The notes: a model not told the origin generated them from the letters alone. 64,000 nucleotides of DNA from Mucilaginibacter sp. (GCA_035545315.1 DASZYQ010000022.1:11913-75912), one strand, 5' to 3'. Numbered from the stretch's first letter, positions 1 through 9,494 are shown. Program-made: numbers and translations.

Positions 1-1023
1 ATTAATTTTGGCACAAAGGTAAACGATGTGAGCTTTCACCAGGTTGACGAATTCACGGGGAATCCCCAGGACCGCAACTTTGTGAACTGGGCGCCGCAGG
101 CTAATTTCCAGTACCGTTTTTCACAACAAAAATCGTTCAATATCGGCTATCGCGGCTACACCACCCAGCCTACGCTCGACCAGATCCAACCTATCCGCAT
201 CAATAACGACCCACTGAATATCGTGCTTGGTAACCCACAATTGACGCCCTCATTTACCAATAATTTTAATATCAATTACAATTCCTACAAAGTTATCACC
301 GGGCAGTACATTTGGCTTTACGCTAATTATTCGTTCACTACCAATCCTATCATGAACGATATTACATACGATCCCTTGTCGGGCAAAAGCACAAGCCAGT
401 ATTTCAACCGGCCGGGCAGGCAGAATTCCAATTTCTTTGTGGGAGCTAACTTCGACCGCAAGTTCGAAAAAGCAGGTTTCAGCGCAGGTTTCAATATGAA
501 TGCCAACGGCAATATTTACTATAACCTGGTTAATGACGAAATCAATATGACCAAAACCTATACCCTCAACCCCGGGATAAATTTTTCAAAGTACAAGGAA
601 AAGAAAATAGAATTCTATCTCAATGCCGGCCCCACCTATACATTTAGTCAATCGTCGTTACAACCACTGGCTAATAACAATGGCTGGGGCGCACGGGGCG
701 ACAGCCATATAGCAATCTTCCTGCCCTGGAAATTCCAGATAGGGACCGATGACAATTATCAATACTCGGCGCCTACCCAATCGTTCAACACAAGCTTCAG
801 TAAACTGTTGATCAATGCATTCCTGATCAAAACCTTCCTGAAGCAGGACAATTTGAAATTTACGCTTTGGGGCAACGACCTGCTCAACCAGGACATCGGC
901 TTCCGGCGGAGCGCTAACGCAAACCTGATCACGCAGAACAGCTATACCACCCTGCGCCGGTACGTGATGTTCACGATAGACTATGAATTTACTAAAATGG
1001 GCGGCGCCCAAAGCAAAAAATAA
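1..1023 (+). CDS. Outer-membrane beta-barrel protein (TonB-dependent-receptor-like), C-terminal part; 5' truncated by window edge
   Basis: Frame is open from base 1 (INFGTKVNDVSFHQ...); alternating aromatic beta-strands; GNPxLxP motif (LGNPQLTPSFTN); C-terminal RRYVMFTIDYEF; followed by a GLPGLI gene. Confidence 0.8.
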   Translation: MNFGTKVNDVSFHQVDEFTGNPQDRNFVNWAPQANFQYRFSQQKSFNIGYRGYTTQPTLDQIQPIRINNDPLNIVLGNPQLTPSFTNNFNINYNSYKVITGQYIWLYANYSFTTNPIMNDITYDPLSGKSTSQYFNRPGRQNSNFFVGANFDRKFEKAGFSAGFNMNANGNIYYNLVNDEINMTKTYTLNPGINFSKYKEKKIEFYLNAGPTYTFSQSSLQPLANNNGWGARGDSHIAIFLPWKFQIGTDDNYQYSAPTQSFNTSFSKLLINAFLIKTFLKQDNLKFTLWGNDLLNQDIGFRRSANANLITQNSYTTLRRYVMFTIDYEFTKMGGAQSKK

Positions 1024-1027
1024 AGTT

Positions 1028-1801
1028 ATGAAAAGGTTATTTACTATCATACTTAGCTTCCTGACCTGCTGCGGTGCGTTTGCCCAGCACGCACATTTTA
1101 CGGTTAACGGCACCATTGAATTTGAAAAGAAAGTGAACATGTATGCCATTATCCAGAAGTCGATCAACAAGGATAATGAGACCTGGTACGGTCCTGCTCT
1201 TGACGCGTACAAAAAATCACAGCCGCAATTTAAGGTGCTTAAAAGCACGCTGTCGTTTGAGAACAACAAAACTATTTTTACCCCCGTGGAAGAGGATATC
1301 GTCTCGAACAACGGATTTTTTTCTAACAATCCGATGGTTACCCAGAATAACGTTGTTTATTCGGACCTGACAAACCATACGGTCGTGGCCCAGAAAAAGG
1401 TATTTGATGAAACTTTCCTGTTGAAAGACAGCCTGCGCAAGATCAAATGGAAAATAACCAACGAAACACGTGAAATTGCCGGTTACACCTGCCGCCGGGC
1501 GAACGGTTTGATGATGGACTCGATCTACGTAGTTGCCTTTTACACGACAGACATACCGGTATCGGGAGGCCCTGAATCATTCAATGGCCTGCCAGGCATG
1601 ATACTTGAAGTAGCCCTGCCGCACGAAAATGTGATATGGATGGCTACCAAAATAACCGACATGACCCTCGCACCAAATGTACTAATACCGCCTAAAAAAG
1701 GTAAGCCCGCTGATGTCAAAGGTTTCAGGGCGACCCTGCAGGCGGCGTTTAAGGATTGGGGCGACGAAGCGCCGTTTTACTCAAAAGCATTCTCTTTGTA
1801 A
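1028..1801 (+). CDS. GLPGLI family protein
   Basis: Signal peptide MKRLFTIILSFLTCCGAFAQ from ATG 1028; motifs WKITNETREIAGYTCRRA and GGPESFNGLPGMILE. Confidence 0.9.
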   Translation: MKRLFTIILSFLTCCGAFAQHAHFTVNGTIEFEKKVNMYAIIQKSINKDNETWYGPALDAYKKSQPQFKVLKSTLSFENNKTIFTPVEEDIVSNNGFFSNNPMVTQNNVVYSDLTNHTVVAQKKVFDETFLLKDSLRKIKWKITNETREIAGYTCRRANGLMMDSIYVVAFYTTDIPVSGGPESFNGLPGMILEVALPHENVIWMATKITDMTLAPNVLIPPKKGKPADVKGFRATLQAAFKDWGDEAPFYSKAFSL

Positions 1802-1881
1802 AACACACAGCAACTTGCTGAAAAATATATTTTTGTTTGGAAGATGCTGGTTAACAGCGCCTAAGCGAAATTTGCAAGCCC

Positions 1882-2085
1882 ATGCGAATTACACGAACAT
1901 TTCTCGCAACAGTTATAACCGCCTGCAGCTATATACAAACTTATTATGGCCCCGTGATCCAGTCGATCGTGGTGCGAGACCCATGGCCGGGCGACGAAAA
2001 TATTGCCTCGGGCGGCCGCAGAGAATACACCGGCCTCAGCCTGGCTAACCTGATCCAGGCCCACTGGTTTATCTACGTTCAGTGA
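1882..2085 (+). pseudogene. Possible gene remnant (fragment reminiscent of a papain-like cysteine protease C-terminus)
   Basis: 67-aa ORF with a protein-like VITACSY...SIVVRDPWP segment; no convincing start context; family resemblance is from recall only. Confidence 0.2.
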
Positions 2086-2198
2086 CTTCTTATTATGGCA
2101 AAAACTATCCAAATGGATTATTGACCAGCCGCTTAAATGAAGGTAATTTTATTTAACAGAACATGCCCGATGATCGTTAGTTAGTAAGTTGACCGGAT

Positions 2199-2232
2199 GC
2201 CGGCCTTCCCCAGGGCCGGTATTCATTTTTTA
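2199..2232 (+). terminator. Intrinsic terminator-like hairpin
   Basis: CCGGCC-ttccccag-GGCCGG stem followed by attcaTTTTTTT. Confidence 0.5.
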
Positions 2233-2351
2233 AAGAACGGCGCAGCTTCTTAACATATTTTAACCCCTTCTTTTCGTATTGTAACAGTAATATGCAAAAA
2301 TCATCTTATTACTGTTTTACTTATTAACTTAGGCCGACGGACAAACCCTTC

Positions 2352-4022
2352 ATGAAAAAGACACTTTCCCTGTTGCTCGCTGTAAGCCTGCTGCATACTT
2401 GCCTTTCCGCACAACTTTTGGAAGAAAAGAAGAAATTTACCCGTGCGGATACACTGCGCGGTATGCTTACGCCCCTGCGCACTTGTTACGACATTAATTA
2501 CTATCACCTCGACGTTAAATTCGATATCGATAAAAGGTTTATAAGCGGCAGCAATCTTTTCAAATTCACCGCTACGCAAGATTTCAAAAAACTGCAATTT
2601 GACCTGTTTGCCAACCTGAAAGTTGAAAAGGTGGTCTATAAAGATCATGAATTGCCCTTTAAACGCGAATTCAATGCTGTATTCGTTACCTTCCCCAAAA
2701 CCATAAAAAAAGGGAGTCGGGAGGAATTTACCGTTTATTACTCGGGCCATCCAACCATCGCAAAAAATGCGCCCTGGGATGGCGGCGTAGTATTTACCAT
2801 CGATTCAGCAAGCGGAAAGCCCTGGGTAGCCACCGCCTGCGAAGGCATTGGCGCCAGTATTTGGTGGCCGAATAAGGATCATTTAAGCGACGAGGTAGAC
2901 AGTATGCTTATTAGTGTGAGCGTGCCAACCGGGTTGAAAGATGTTTCTAATGGCCGTCTGCGCAAGGTGACCGACCTTGGCGATGGCTATACCCGGTTCG
3001 ACTGGTTTGTGGCAAACCCCATCAATAATTACGATGTTGCAGCCAACATTGCCGACTACACCGAATTTACAGATAGCTACGACGGTGAAAAAGGCAAACT
3101 CGACCTTGATTACTGGGTATTACCTTCCGACCTGGATAAAGCGAAAAAACAATTCGCTGCCAATGTAAAGCCCATGCTCAAATCATTCGAATATTGGTTT
3201 GGGCCCTACCCATTTTATGAAGACAGCTATAAATTGGTCGAAACACCTCACCTGGGTATGGAGCACCAAAGCGCGGTTGCATACGGCAACCATTTTCAAA
3301 ACGGTTATTTAGGTTACGACCTTTCAGGAACCGGCTGGGGAAAGGACTGGGACTACATTGTGGTGCATGAGAGCGGGCATGAATGGTTCGGGAATAACAT
3401 TACAGCTAAGGACCTGGCTGATATGTGGATACACGAAGGCTTTACCTGCTACTCCGAATCGCTTTTTGTGGAAAGCCAGCACGGTAAGCAAGCTGCACAG
3501 GAATACATCTATGGATTACGCCGGGGTATAGCCAACAAACATCCCGTGGTCGGCATTTACAATGTTAACAAAGAAGGCTCGGAGGATATGTATTCCAAGG
3601 GCGCCGTATTGCTGAATATGGTTCGTACCATTATCAATAACGACGACAAATGGCGCGATATACTGCGGGGCCTGAACAAGACTTTTTATCACCAGACCGT
3701 AACTTACAACGACATTATCGGCTACATCAATAAGCAGGCCGGGATGGATCTTTCGCCGGTATTCGACCAGTATTTGCATTATGCTAAGCTACCGACGTTA
3801 CAGGTTAACTGGCAAAATGGCAAGCCGTCGATCAGGTGGATAGCTAACGCCAAAGGCTTCATCATGCCGGTGCTGGTAAGGGTGAAAGGCGGCGAATATC
3901 AATTTATTTCCCCTACGACGGTAGCGAAAACTTTTGATATACCAGGCGCTACGAAAGAAAACCTGCAGGCGGACAACTTTGATTACTATATCCTGCTGTC
4001 GGGAATTAATAAAGGCTATTAA
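2352..4022 (+). CDS. Secreted M1 family zinc aminopeptidase (paralog 1)
   Basis: Signal peptide; LGMEHQ exopeptidase-type motif; HESGHEWFGN...WIHEGF (HExxH-18-E); YSKG catalytic Tyr region. Confidence 0.92.
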   Translation: MKKTLSLLLAVSLLHTCLSAQLLEEKKKFTRADTLRGMLTPLRTCYDINYYHLDVKFDIDKRFISGSNLFKFTATQDFKKLQFDLFANLKVEKVVYKDHELPFKREFNAVFVTFPKTIKKGSREEFTVYYSGHPTIAKNAPWDGGVVFTIDSASGKPWVATACEGIGASIWWPNKDHLSDEVDSMLISVSVPTGLKDVSNGRLRKVTDLGDGYTRFDWFVANPINNYDVAANIADYTEFTDSYDGEKGKLDLDYWVLPSDLDKAKKQFAANVKPMLKSFEYWFGPYPFYEDSYKLVETPHLGMEHQSAVAYGNHFQNGYLGYDLSGTGWGKDWDYIVVHESGHEWFGNNITAKDLADMWIHEGFTCYSESLFVESQHGKQAAQEYIYGLRRGIANKHPVVGIYNVNKEGSEDMYSKGAVLLNMVRTIINNDDKWRDILRGLNKTFYHQTVTYNDIIGYINKQAGMDLSPVFDQYLHYAKLPTLQVNWQNGKPSIRWIANAKGFIMPVLVRVKGGEYQFISPTTVAKTFDIPGATKENLQADNFDYYILLSGINKGY

Positions 4023-4032
4023 TTAAACCACC

Positions 4033-5694
4033 ATGATAAAAAAAGTCTCCCTTCTCACATTAACAGGGGCATTAATCTGCTCGATAGCCTCGGCACAATT
4101 GGGCGCTGATAAAGAAACCTTTACCCGCGCCGATTCGCTGCGTGGATATATGTCGCCGCTGCGCACCTGCTACGATATTAACTTTTATCACCTCGACATC
4201 AAATTCGATATTGATAATAAGTTCATAAGCGGCAACGTACTGTTCAAATTCACGGCAACGACGGACTTTAATAAGCTTCAGTTCGACCTGTTCTCGAACC
4301 TGAAGGTTGAGAAAGTAGTTTATAAGGGGCAGGAATTGCCCTACACCCGGGAATTTAATGCCGTGTTCATTACCTTCCCGCAGATGATAGAAAAGGGCAG
4401 CAAAGATGAGTTTACGGTTTACTATTCCGGAAATCCGACCATTGCGAAGCGCGCACCCTGGGACGGCGGCGTAGTGTTCACCAAAGATTCGGTGGGTAAT
4501 CCATGGGTGGCTACTGCCTGCCAGGGCATGGGAGCCAGCGTATGGTGGCCCGACAAAGACCAGCAGGAAGATGAGGTGGACAGCGCCCTGATCAGTATCA
4601 GTGTGCCGAAGGGCTTGCAGGATGTTTCAAACGGCTGCCTGCGCAAGGTGACTAATTTGAAAGACGGCTATACCCGCTACGACTGGTTTGTGGCCAACCC
4701 GATCAATAATTACGATATCGAAGCCAATATTGGCGTTTATGGCCATTTTTCTGAAGTCTATAACGGCGAAAAAGGAAAACTGACCATGGATTTCTGGCCG
4801 CTGAGGTCCGATTTGGAGAAAGCCAAAAAATGGTGGCCCCGGGATGCCAAGCGTATGCTTGAGGCTTTTGAATACTGGTTCGGGCCATATCCTTTTTACG
4901 AGGATGGTTACAAGCTGATCGAGGCGCCGCATTTAGGCATGGAACATCAGAGCGGCACGGCTTACGGCAATCACTTTCAAAATGGCTACCTGGGCCGCGA
5001 CCTATCCGGCACCGGCTGGGGCCTGAAATGGGATTTCATTACGGTGCACGAAAGCGGGCACGAATGGTTCGGCAACAATATTACTTCCAAAGATTTGGGC
5101 GATATGTGGATACACGAAGGGTTCACCAACTACTCAGAGTCGCTGTTCATCGAGAAATTCTATGGTAAGCAGGCCGGGCAGGAATATGTGCACGGCACAC
5201 GTTTCCTGATCCAAAACGACAAGCCTATCGTCGGTCCGTACAACGTAAACAAGGAAGGCTCAAGCGACATGTATTACAAAGGCGGCAACCTGCTGAACAT
5301 GGTGCGCACGATTATTAATGATGACGAAAAATGGCGCGACATCCTGCGCGGACTGAATAAGACTTTTTACCATAAAACGGTCACATACGATGATATTATC
5401 AATTACATCTGCGACCAATCGGGTAAAGACCTTAAGCCGGTGTTCGATCAGTACCTGCATTACCGCAATTTGCCGATACTGGAATTTATGAACGATCGCA
5501 AAGGTGTATTAACCTGCCGCTGGCAATCGAACGTCAAAGGATTTAATATGCCTGTGCGCGTGAGGGTAAAAGGCGGCGAGTATCAGTTCATCAAACCGAC
5601 CTCGCGTTTTACACCAGTCAATATCGACGGGGCTACGAAGGATAATGTAGAAGTGGATACCTTCAATTATTACATCGGAGTGTTGGTGGACTAA
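4033..5694 (+). CDS. Secreted M1 family zinc aminopeptidase (paralog 2)
   Basis: Same motifs (LGMEHQ, HESGHEWFGN, WIHEGF, YYKG); colinear with the upstream paralog; 10-bp gap. Confidence 0.92.
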   Translation: MIKKVSLLTLTGALICSIASAQLGADKETFTRADSLRGYMSPLRTCYDINFYHLDIKFDIDNKFISGNVLFKFTATTDFNKLQFDLFSNLKVEKVVYKGQELPYTREFNAVFITFPQMIEKGSKDEFTVYYSGNPTIAKRAPWDGGVVFTKDSVGNPWVATACQGMGASVWWPDKDQQEDEVDSALISISVPKGLQDVSNGCLRKVTNLKDGYTRYDWFVANPINNYDIEANIGVYGHFSEVYNGEKGKLTMDFWPLRSDLEKAKKWWPRDAKRMLEAFEYWFGPYPFYEDGYKLIEAPHLGMEHQSGTAYGNHFQNGYLGRDLSGTGWGLKWDFITVHESGHEWFGNNITSKDLGDMWIHEGFTNYSESLFIEKFYGKQAGQEYVHGTRFLIQNDKPIVGPYNVNKEGSSDMYYKGGNLLNMVRTIINDDEKWRDILRGLNKTFYHKTVTYDDIINYICDQSGKDLKPVFDQYLHYRNLPILEFMNDRKGVLTCRWQSNVKGFNMPVRVRVKGGEYQFIKPTSRFTPVNIDGATKDNVEVDTFNYYIGVLVD

Positions 5695-5695
5695 T

Positions 5696-5729
5696 GCCTC
5701 ACCCCAACCCCTCTCCACGGGAGAGAGGC
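5696..5729 (+). repeat. REP-like element
   Basis: GCCTCACCCCAACCCCTCTCCACGGGAGAGAGGC: CCxCACCCxAACCC leader plus purine/pyrimidine hairpin; related copy in opposite orientation at 6557-6590. Confidence 0.65.
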
Positions 5730-5801
5730 TAAATTTCTTTACTATCCCTGCAACCTTTTCCATAAACCGGCGTCTTATTGGGTGTAAAACAACCAAAGAC
5801 C

Positions 5802-6512
5802 ATGAAAATATTGATCAGATCAATGCTGGCGCTCCTGCTCGTTGCGGGAACGTCGTACGCATTTGCGCAGCGGGTGGAAGACCGCCATCTAAGCGGGTTT
5901 AATGCTATTGATGTAGGCGGGCCATATGATGTGCAGCTTACCCAGGGAAATAACGAATCAGTTAAAGTGCAGGCTCCGGATGAGGTAATGGACCATATCA
6001 TTACCGAGGTAGTAAACGGCACGCTGAAAATATACAATAAACACGACGATGGTTTCCATTGGAACGACCTGTTCGGCCACCATAGAAAGATCTTGGTATA
6101 CGTTACCGCCAAAACGGTGAACAGTATAGTAGTGTCAGGTTCGGGCGATGTGGCCTTCAGGGATGGCATTCACAGCGATAAAATGACTTTGCGCGTATCA
6201 GGCTCGGGCGATGTGAACGGCAGGTTAGAAGTGAAGACGCTTGAGGTTGGTATTTCCGGCTCGGGCGACGTAAGCATATCCGGCCATGCGGAAACCTCGG
6301 CTGTACGCGTTAGCGGTTCGGGCGATTATAAAGCACATAACCTGATCACCTCCAATACCGACGTGCATGTAAGCGGCTCAGGCGATGCGTCGATCTATGC
6401 CAGTAATAAAGTGGATGCTTCGGTGTCCGGTTCAGGTGATATTCACTATGCAGGCAACCCGAAAAGCGTTTATAAGTCCAAATCGGGCAGCGGAGATATA
6501 GGCGGGGATTAA
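5802..6512 (+). CDS. Head GIN domain / DUF2807 putative adhesin-like beta-helix protein
   Basis: Signal peptide from ATG 5802; many SGSGD(V/I) repeats. Confidence 0.88.
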   Translation: MKILIRSMLALLLVAGTSYAFAQRVEDRHLSGFNAIDVGGPYDVQLTQGNNESVKVQAPDEVMDHIITEVVNGTLKIYNKHDDGFHWNDLFGHHRKILVYVTAKTVNSIVVSGSGDVAFRDGIHSDKMTLRVSGSGDVNGRLEVKTLEVGISGSGDVSISGHAETSAVRVSGSGDYKAHNLITSNTDVHVSGSGDASIYASNKVDASVSGSGDIHYAGNPKSVYKSKSGSGDIGGD

Positions 6513-6513
6513 A

Positions 6514-6590
6514 GCCCCCTCTCTAAAGTCTCCAAGCGCCTTAGGAAGATTCTATAAAACCCTCCCCTCCGGGGAGGGTTTGGGTGGGGC
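6514..6590 (-). repeat. REP-like doublet between convergent genes; probable bidirectional terminator
   Basis: AAACCCTCCCC-TCC-GGGGAGGGTTT perfect 11-bp stem plus GGGTGGGGC tail; truncated partner GCCCCCTCTCTAAAGTCTCC at 6514. Confidence 0.65.
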
Positions 6591-6592
6591 CA

Positions 6593-7609
6593 CTATTTTA
6601 TCGTCGCTATCTTCCTTCTTCCCAAATCATACGTCACCCTGAAGGCCTCCTGGTTGCTGGTAAAGCCGGGCGTGCGGTGTATGCTGAGAACGAATTGCCC
6701 GGTTAGTCCTCTTGCCCGAAAGGCGTCCCAGATGATATCCAGCCGGTTATAAAACTTCTTTTCGTAAAAGGCGTCGCCATAGTAGATGGTGCTGCCCTGC
6801 CCTGCATAAAACTCATCGAACAGCGCAAACTGGTGCCAGCCCAGGTAAACACTGGCTACGAAACCCTTGGGCAGGTTAAGCCCGGTTAAGCCGCGTGTCC
6901 GCTGGATCGACATCATGGCGCCCGCCTCAACCGACAGCGAATCGAGGAAGGTTTTATGGCTGAAATCCATGCCTATCCGCAACTGGGCGCCCCCGTTGTC
7001 GGTTATTGGATCATCAACCGTAGCGGAACCTGCATCATGCAGTAAGAGAAAATAATAGGTCGCATAAAACGGGTTAAAGGCCGATGGTCGGTACCTGCCC
7101 TGCGAACCGAACAAGAACTGCTCGCGCGCAGTAGCGGTTTGCCGGCTCACCCAATCGATCCAACCCATTTCCATCCAATGGTCGTCCTGGTATCGTGCCA
7201 TTAGCCCTTCGATATTGGGGCGGTAATACATAAGCGTATCATTCAGCAATGCGCGCGGGTAGTTCGATATCAGCCCCTCGCGTGGGAATTCACCGGCGTC
7301 AAAAAGCCAGTGTTTGCCGGTAAAACTATAGTACGCAATCGGGTTTGCCTTTAGAAAATAAGGCTGCGCCCCAAATTCGTGTATCGCGTTGGTGCCCACG
7401 ATAAAGTGGTTCATGCTGTCGATGTTCAGGCCGAAGTCCAACGCAGTGCGGGTACCCGAATACGTGCGCGATCGGGCCACAAAGTCCTTGTATTCCCGGT
7501 TATCCAAAAAGCCGAGGCCCCTAAAATCAACGTCGAGCGTGGTTTGCGCTATCGCTGCGGCGCCCGTCAGGAAAGTAAGAAAAAAGAGTAAGTATAATTT
7601 TTTGATCAT
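6593..7609 (-). CDS. Hypothetical outer-membrane beta-barrel protein
   Basis: Signal peptide ending AIA-Q; aromatic-rich amphipathic strands; 9 bp downstream of the GT39 gene. Confidence 0.7.
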   Translation of the reverse strand: MIKKLYLLFFLTFLTGAAAIAQTTLDVDFRGLGFLDNREYKDFVARSRTYSGTRTALDFGLNIDSMNHFIVGTNAIHEFGAQPYFLKANPIAYYSFTGKHWLFDAGEFPREGLISNYPRALLNDTLMYYRPNIEGLMARYQDDHWMEMGWIDWVSRQTATAREQFLFGSQGRYRPSAFNPFYATYYFLLLHDAGSATVDDPITDNGGAQLRIGMDFSHKTFLDSLSVEAGAMMSIQRTRGLTGLNLPKGFVASVYLGWHQFALFDEFYAGQGSTIYYGDAFYEKKFYNRLDIIWDAFRARGLTGQFVLSIHRTPGFTSNQEAFRVTYDLGRRKIATIK

Positions 7610-7618
7610 GCAATATGC

Positions 7619-9337
7619 TTATTCGACGGTTAAATTTATGATCCGGCTGTTCTTGCTACCGCTGAAAGGGTCGGTACGCAGTGAAAACAACACCGTGTAT
7701 TTACCTCTCTGCGCCGGCGCCGCAAATTTAAAGGTATAATTTGCTTTTTGGCCCGGCTGAAGTTCAATTCGGTGAAAATCGTCGTCCGATGCCTGTACTG
7801 CTATTTCCGCGCCGTCTTTAAACGTACAAGCCTCCAGCGCCACATGGTGTTCATAACCCCTATTGCTGAAACTTATTGCGAACGGATACGGATTTGCTAT
7901 TTGCAGGTTGAACGTCACTTCTTTTCCGGCAGCGGTATGCCGATCGGTCTGATCGGTTTCTATTTTTACCTTCTGGTAGGTCCGCACATCGTTTACCCAG
8001 CCGCCATACCATTTGCCGGCGGCCGTGTTCAGCGTGTCGGCCGAGATGCCGTTTACCGGGTGCTTCGTCAGGAAGTAAGCTTTTTTGCGTTGCATACTAT
8101 CCTCGATGGGCCAGATATCGAATTGCGTCAATCGATAGTATTTTGAGTCGTAGTCGAAACCTTTCGTGCTATTGGTATAGAAATCGTACTTCGATGGATT
8201 CTGAAAACCTTCGTCCATGATCACGTAGTTATTTCCGGCTTTTTCTCTTACGGCTTGCGCCCACCGCTTAAATCCATACTGGCTTTTCACCTGGCCTACC
8301 AGGCTGATCGGCGGCAGGCCGGCGATTATGGAAACCCGCACGAAAACAATAAATACAATATTGATCCATGCCAGCCGGGCAAACCATATCCGTTCTTTTC
8401 CCTCCTGCTTAAAATGGATGAGCGTGAGCATGGCCAGCGGCGCAAAGGCGATGAGCGTCCATTGCGGCTGTACCTCGCCATGGGCGCTGCTGACCAGGAA
8501 AAATACAAAGGTGCCTATACCATTTACCAGCAGGCAGCGAATGAACGCGTCTTTTACCTTTACGGAAAACGCTTTGTAGAACAGGAACCAGCCTATCAGC
8601 GGACCGGCCATCAGCAACTGGCCGGGGAAATAGGTCCAGGTTTGGGAGAAGCTGTAATGGGCGGTGGATTGCTCAAACAAATGGTAATTAACCGATGGAT
8701 AACCATGGCTTACCTGCCACAAAATATGCGGGATGAACAGGATAACCGATACTACGACGATCAGCCAGAAAGACTTCCTGCCCAGTAGCTTTAAATTAGC
8801 CAGCAGCGTAAACCCGACCAGCAATATGCCATGGTATTTGCTGTACAGCAGGCAGGCAATGATGACCGCCAGCAATAGCGCCCATTTGAACTTGTCGTCC
8901 TCCGCATATCTCTGATAGACGAAATAGAACAGCACCGTGAACAGGAACAGCGGTGCATCGGGCGTGGTCATGAAGCCGTAGAGGTGGAAAATGAAGATAC
9001 CTGCAACGACGAGGATAAACCATTTGGCCTGCACACCATATTTTTTGACGATGAGCCACAGCACATACAGCGATAGAGTACTCGACAACACCGTCATGAT
9101 CCGCACACCGAACTCGCTGTGCACCAAACTGTCGCCAATGCGGATAAAGATGGCCACCATGGGCGGGTGGTCGAAATAGCCCCAGTCGAGGAAGCGCGAA
9201 TACAGCCAGTAGTAGGCCTCGTCAGCGTGGATCTCCTGCACGTACGCCTGCAGCAGGTTCAGCGCCGTCCAGCACAACAGGAAATACAGGATAGGCTTGT
9301 TTGATCGTGGCGCTGTATCGGTTGCTGACAATGGCAT
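7619..9337 (-). CDS. Glycosyltransferase family 39 (ArnT/PMT-like) with soluble C-terminal Ig-like domain
   Basis: DEAYYW, WGYFDHPPM, TPDAPL, SKYHG motifs; about 11 TM segments; ATG 9337 supported by the promoter at 9352-9359. Confidence 0.88.
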   Translation of the reverse strand: MPLSATDTAPRSNKPILYFLLCWTALNLLQAYVQEIHADEAYYWLYSRFLDWGYFDHPPMVAIFIRIGDSLVHSEFGVRIMTVLSSTLSLYVLWLIVKKYGVQAKWFILVVAGIFIFHLYGFMTTPDAPLFLFTVLFYFVYQRYAEDDKFKWALLLAVIIACLLYSKYHGILLVGFTLLANLKLLGRKSFWLIVVVSVILFIPHILWQVSHGYPSVNYHLFEQSTAHYSFSQTWTYFPGQLLMAGPLIGWFLFYKAFSVKVKDAFIRCLLVNGIGTFVFFLVSSAHGEVQPQWTLIAFAPLAMLTLIHFKQEGKERIWFARLAWINIVFIVFVRVSIIAGLPPISLVGQVKSQYGFKRWAQAVREKAGNNYVIMDEGFQNPSKYDFYTNSTKGFDYDSKYYRLTQFDIWPIEDSMQRKKAYFLTKHPVNGISADTLNTAAGKWYGGWVNDVRTYQKVKIETDQTDRHTAAGKEVTFNLQIANPYPFAISFSNRGYEHHVALEACTFKDGAEIAVQASDDDFHRIELQPGQKANYTFKFAAPAQRGKYTVLFSLRTDPFSGSKNSRIINLTVE

Positions 9338-9351
9338 GGCGTTATTGTGCC

Positions 9352-9359
9352 CAAATGTA
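9352..9359 (-). promoter_or_regulatory. Bacteroidota housekeeping -7 element
   Basis: TACATTTG matches TAnnTTTG, 14 nt upstream of the GT39 ATG. Confidence 0.6.
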
Positions 9360-9399
9360 GCGATTGTAGGCGATTGGTAGCGCCTGCTGCACCTGAGAT

Positions 9400-9494
9400 G
9401 CCATTTTGGGGCACTTTTGAGCACATTTGGAACACTTTCGAGCTTTTTTTAAGCACTTTTCGTGCACTTTGGAGCCATTTTAGCGCACTTTGGA
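9400..9494. repeat. Degenerate 10-11 bp tandem repeat, consensus GCACTTTKGA
   Basis: Nine units in 95 bp, each with a T-tract. Confidence 0.75.

Noticed and set aside
658-1329. 223-aa minus-strand ORF and many similar antisense or alternate-frame ORFs (e.g. 10505-11044, 11597-12379, 16692-17366, 29645-30067, 57199-57876)
   Set aside because: They fully overlap well-supported genes and carry no recognisable motifs; expected shadow ORFs
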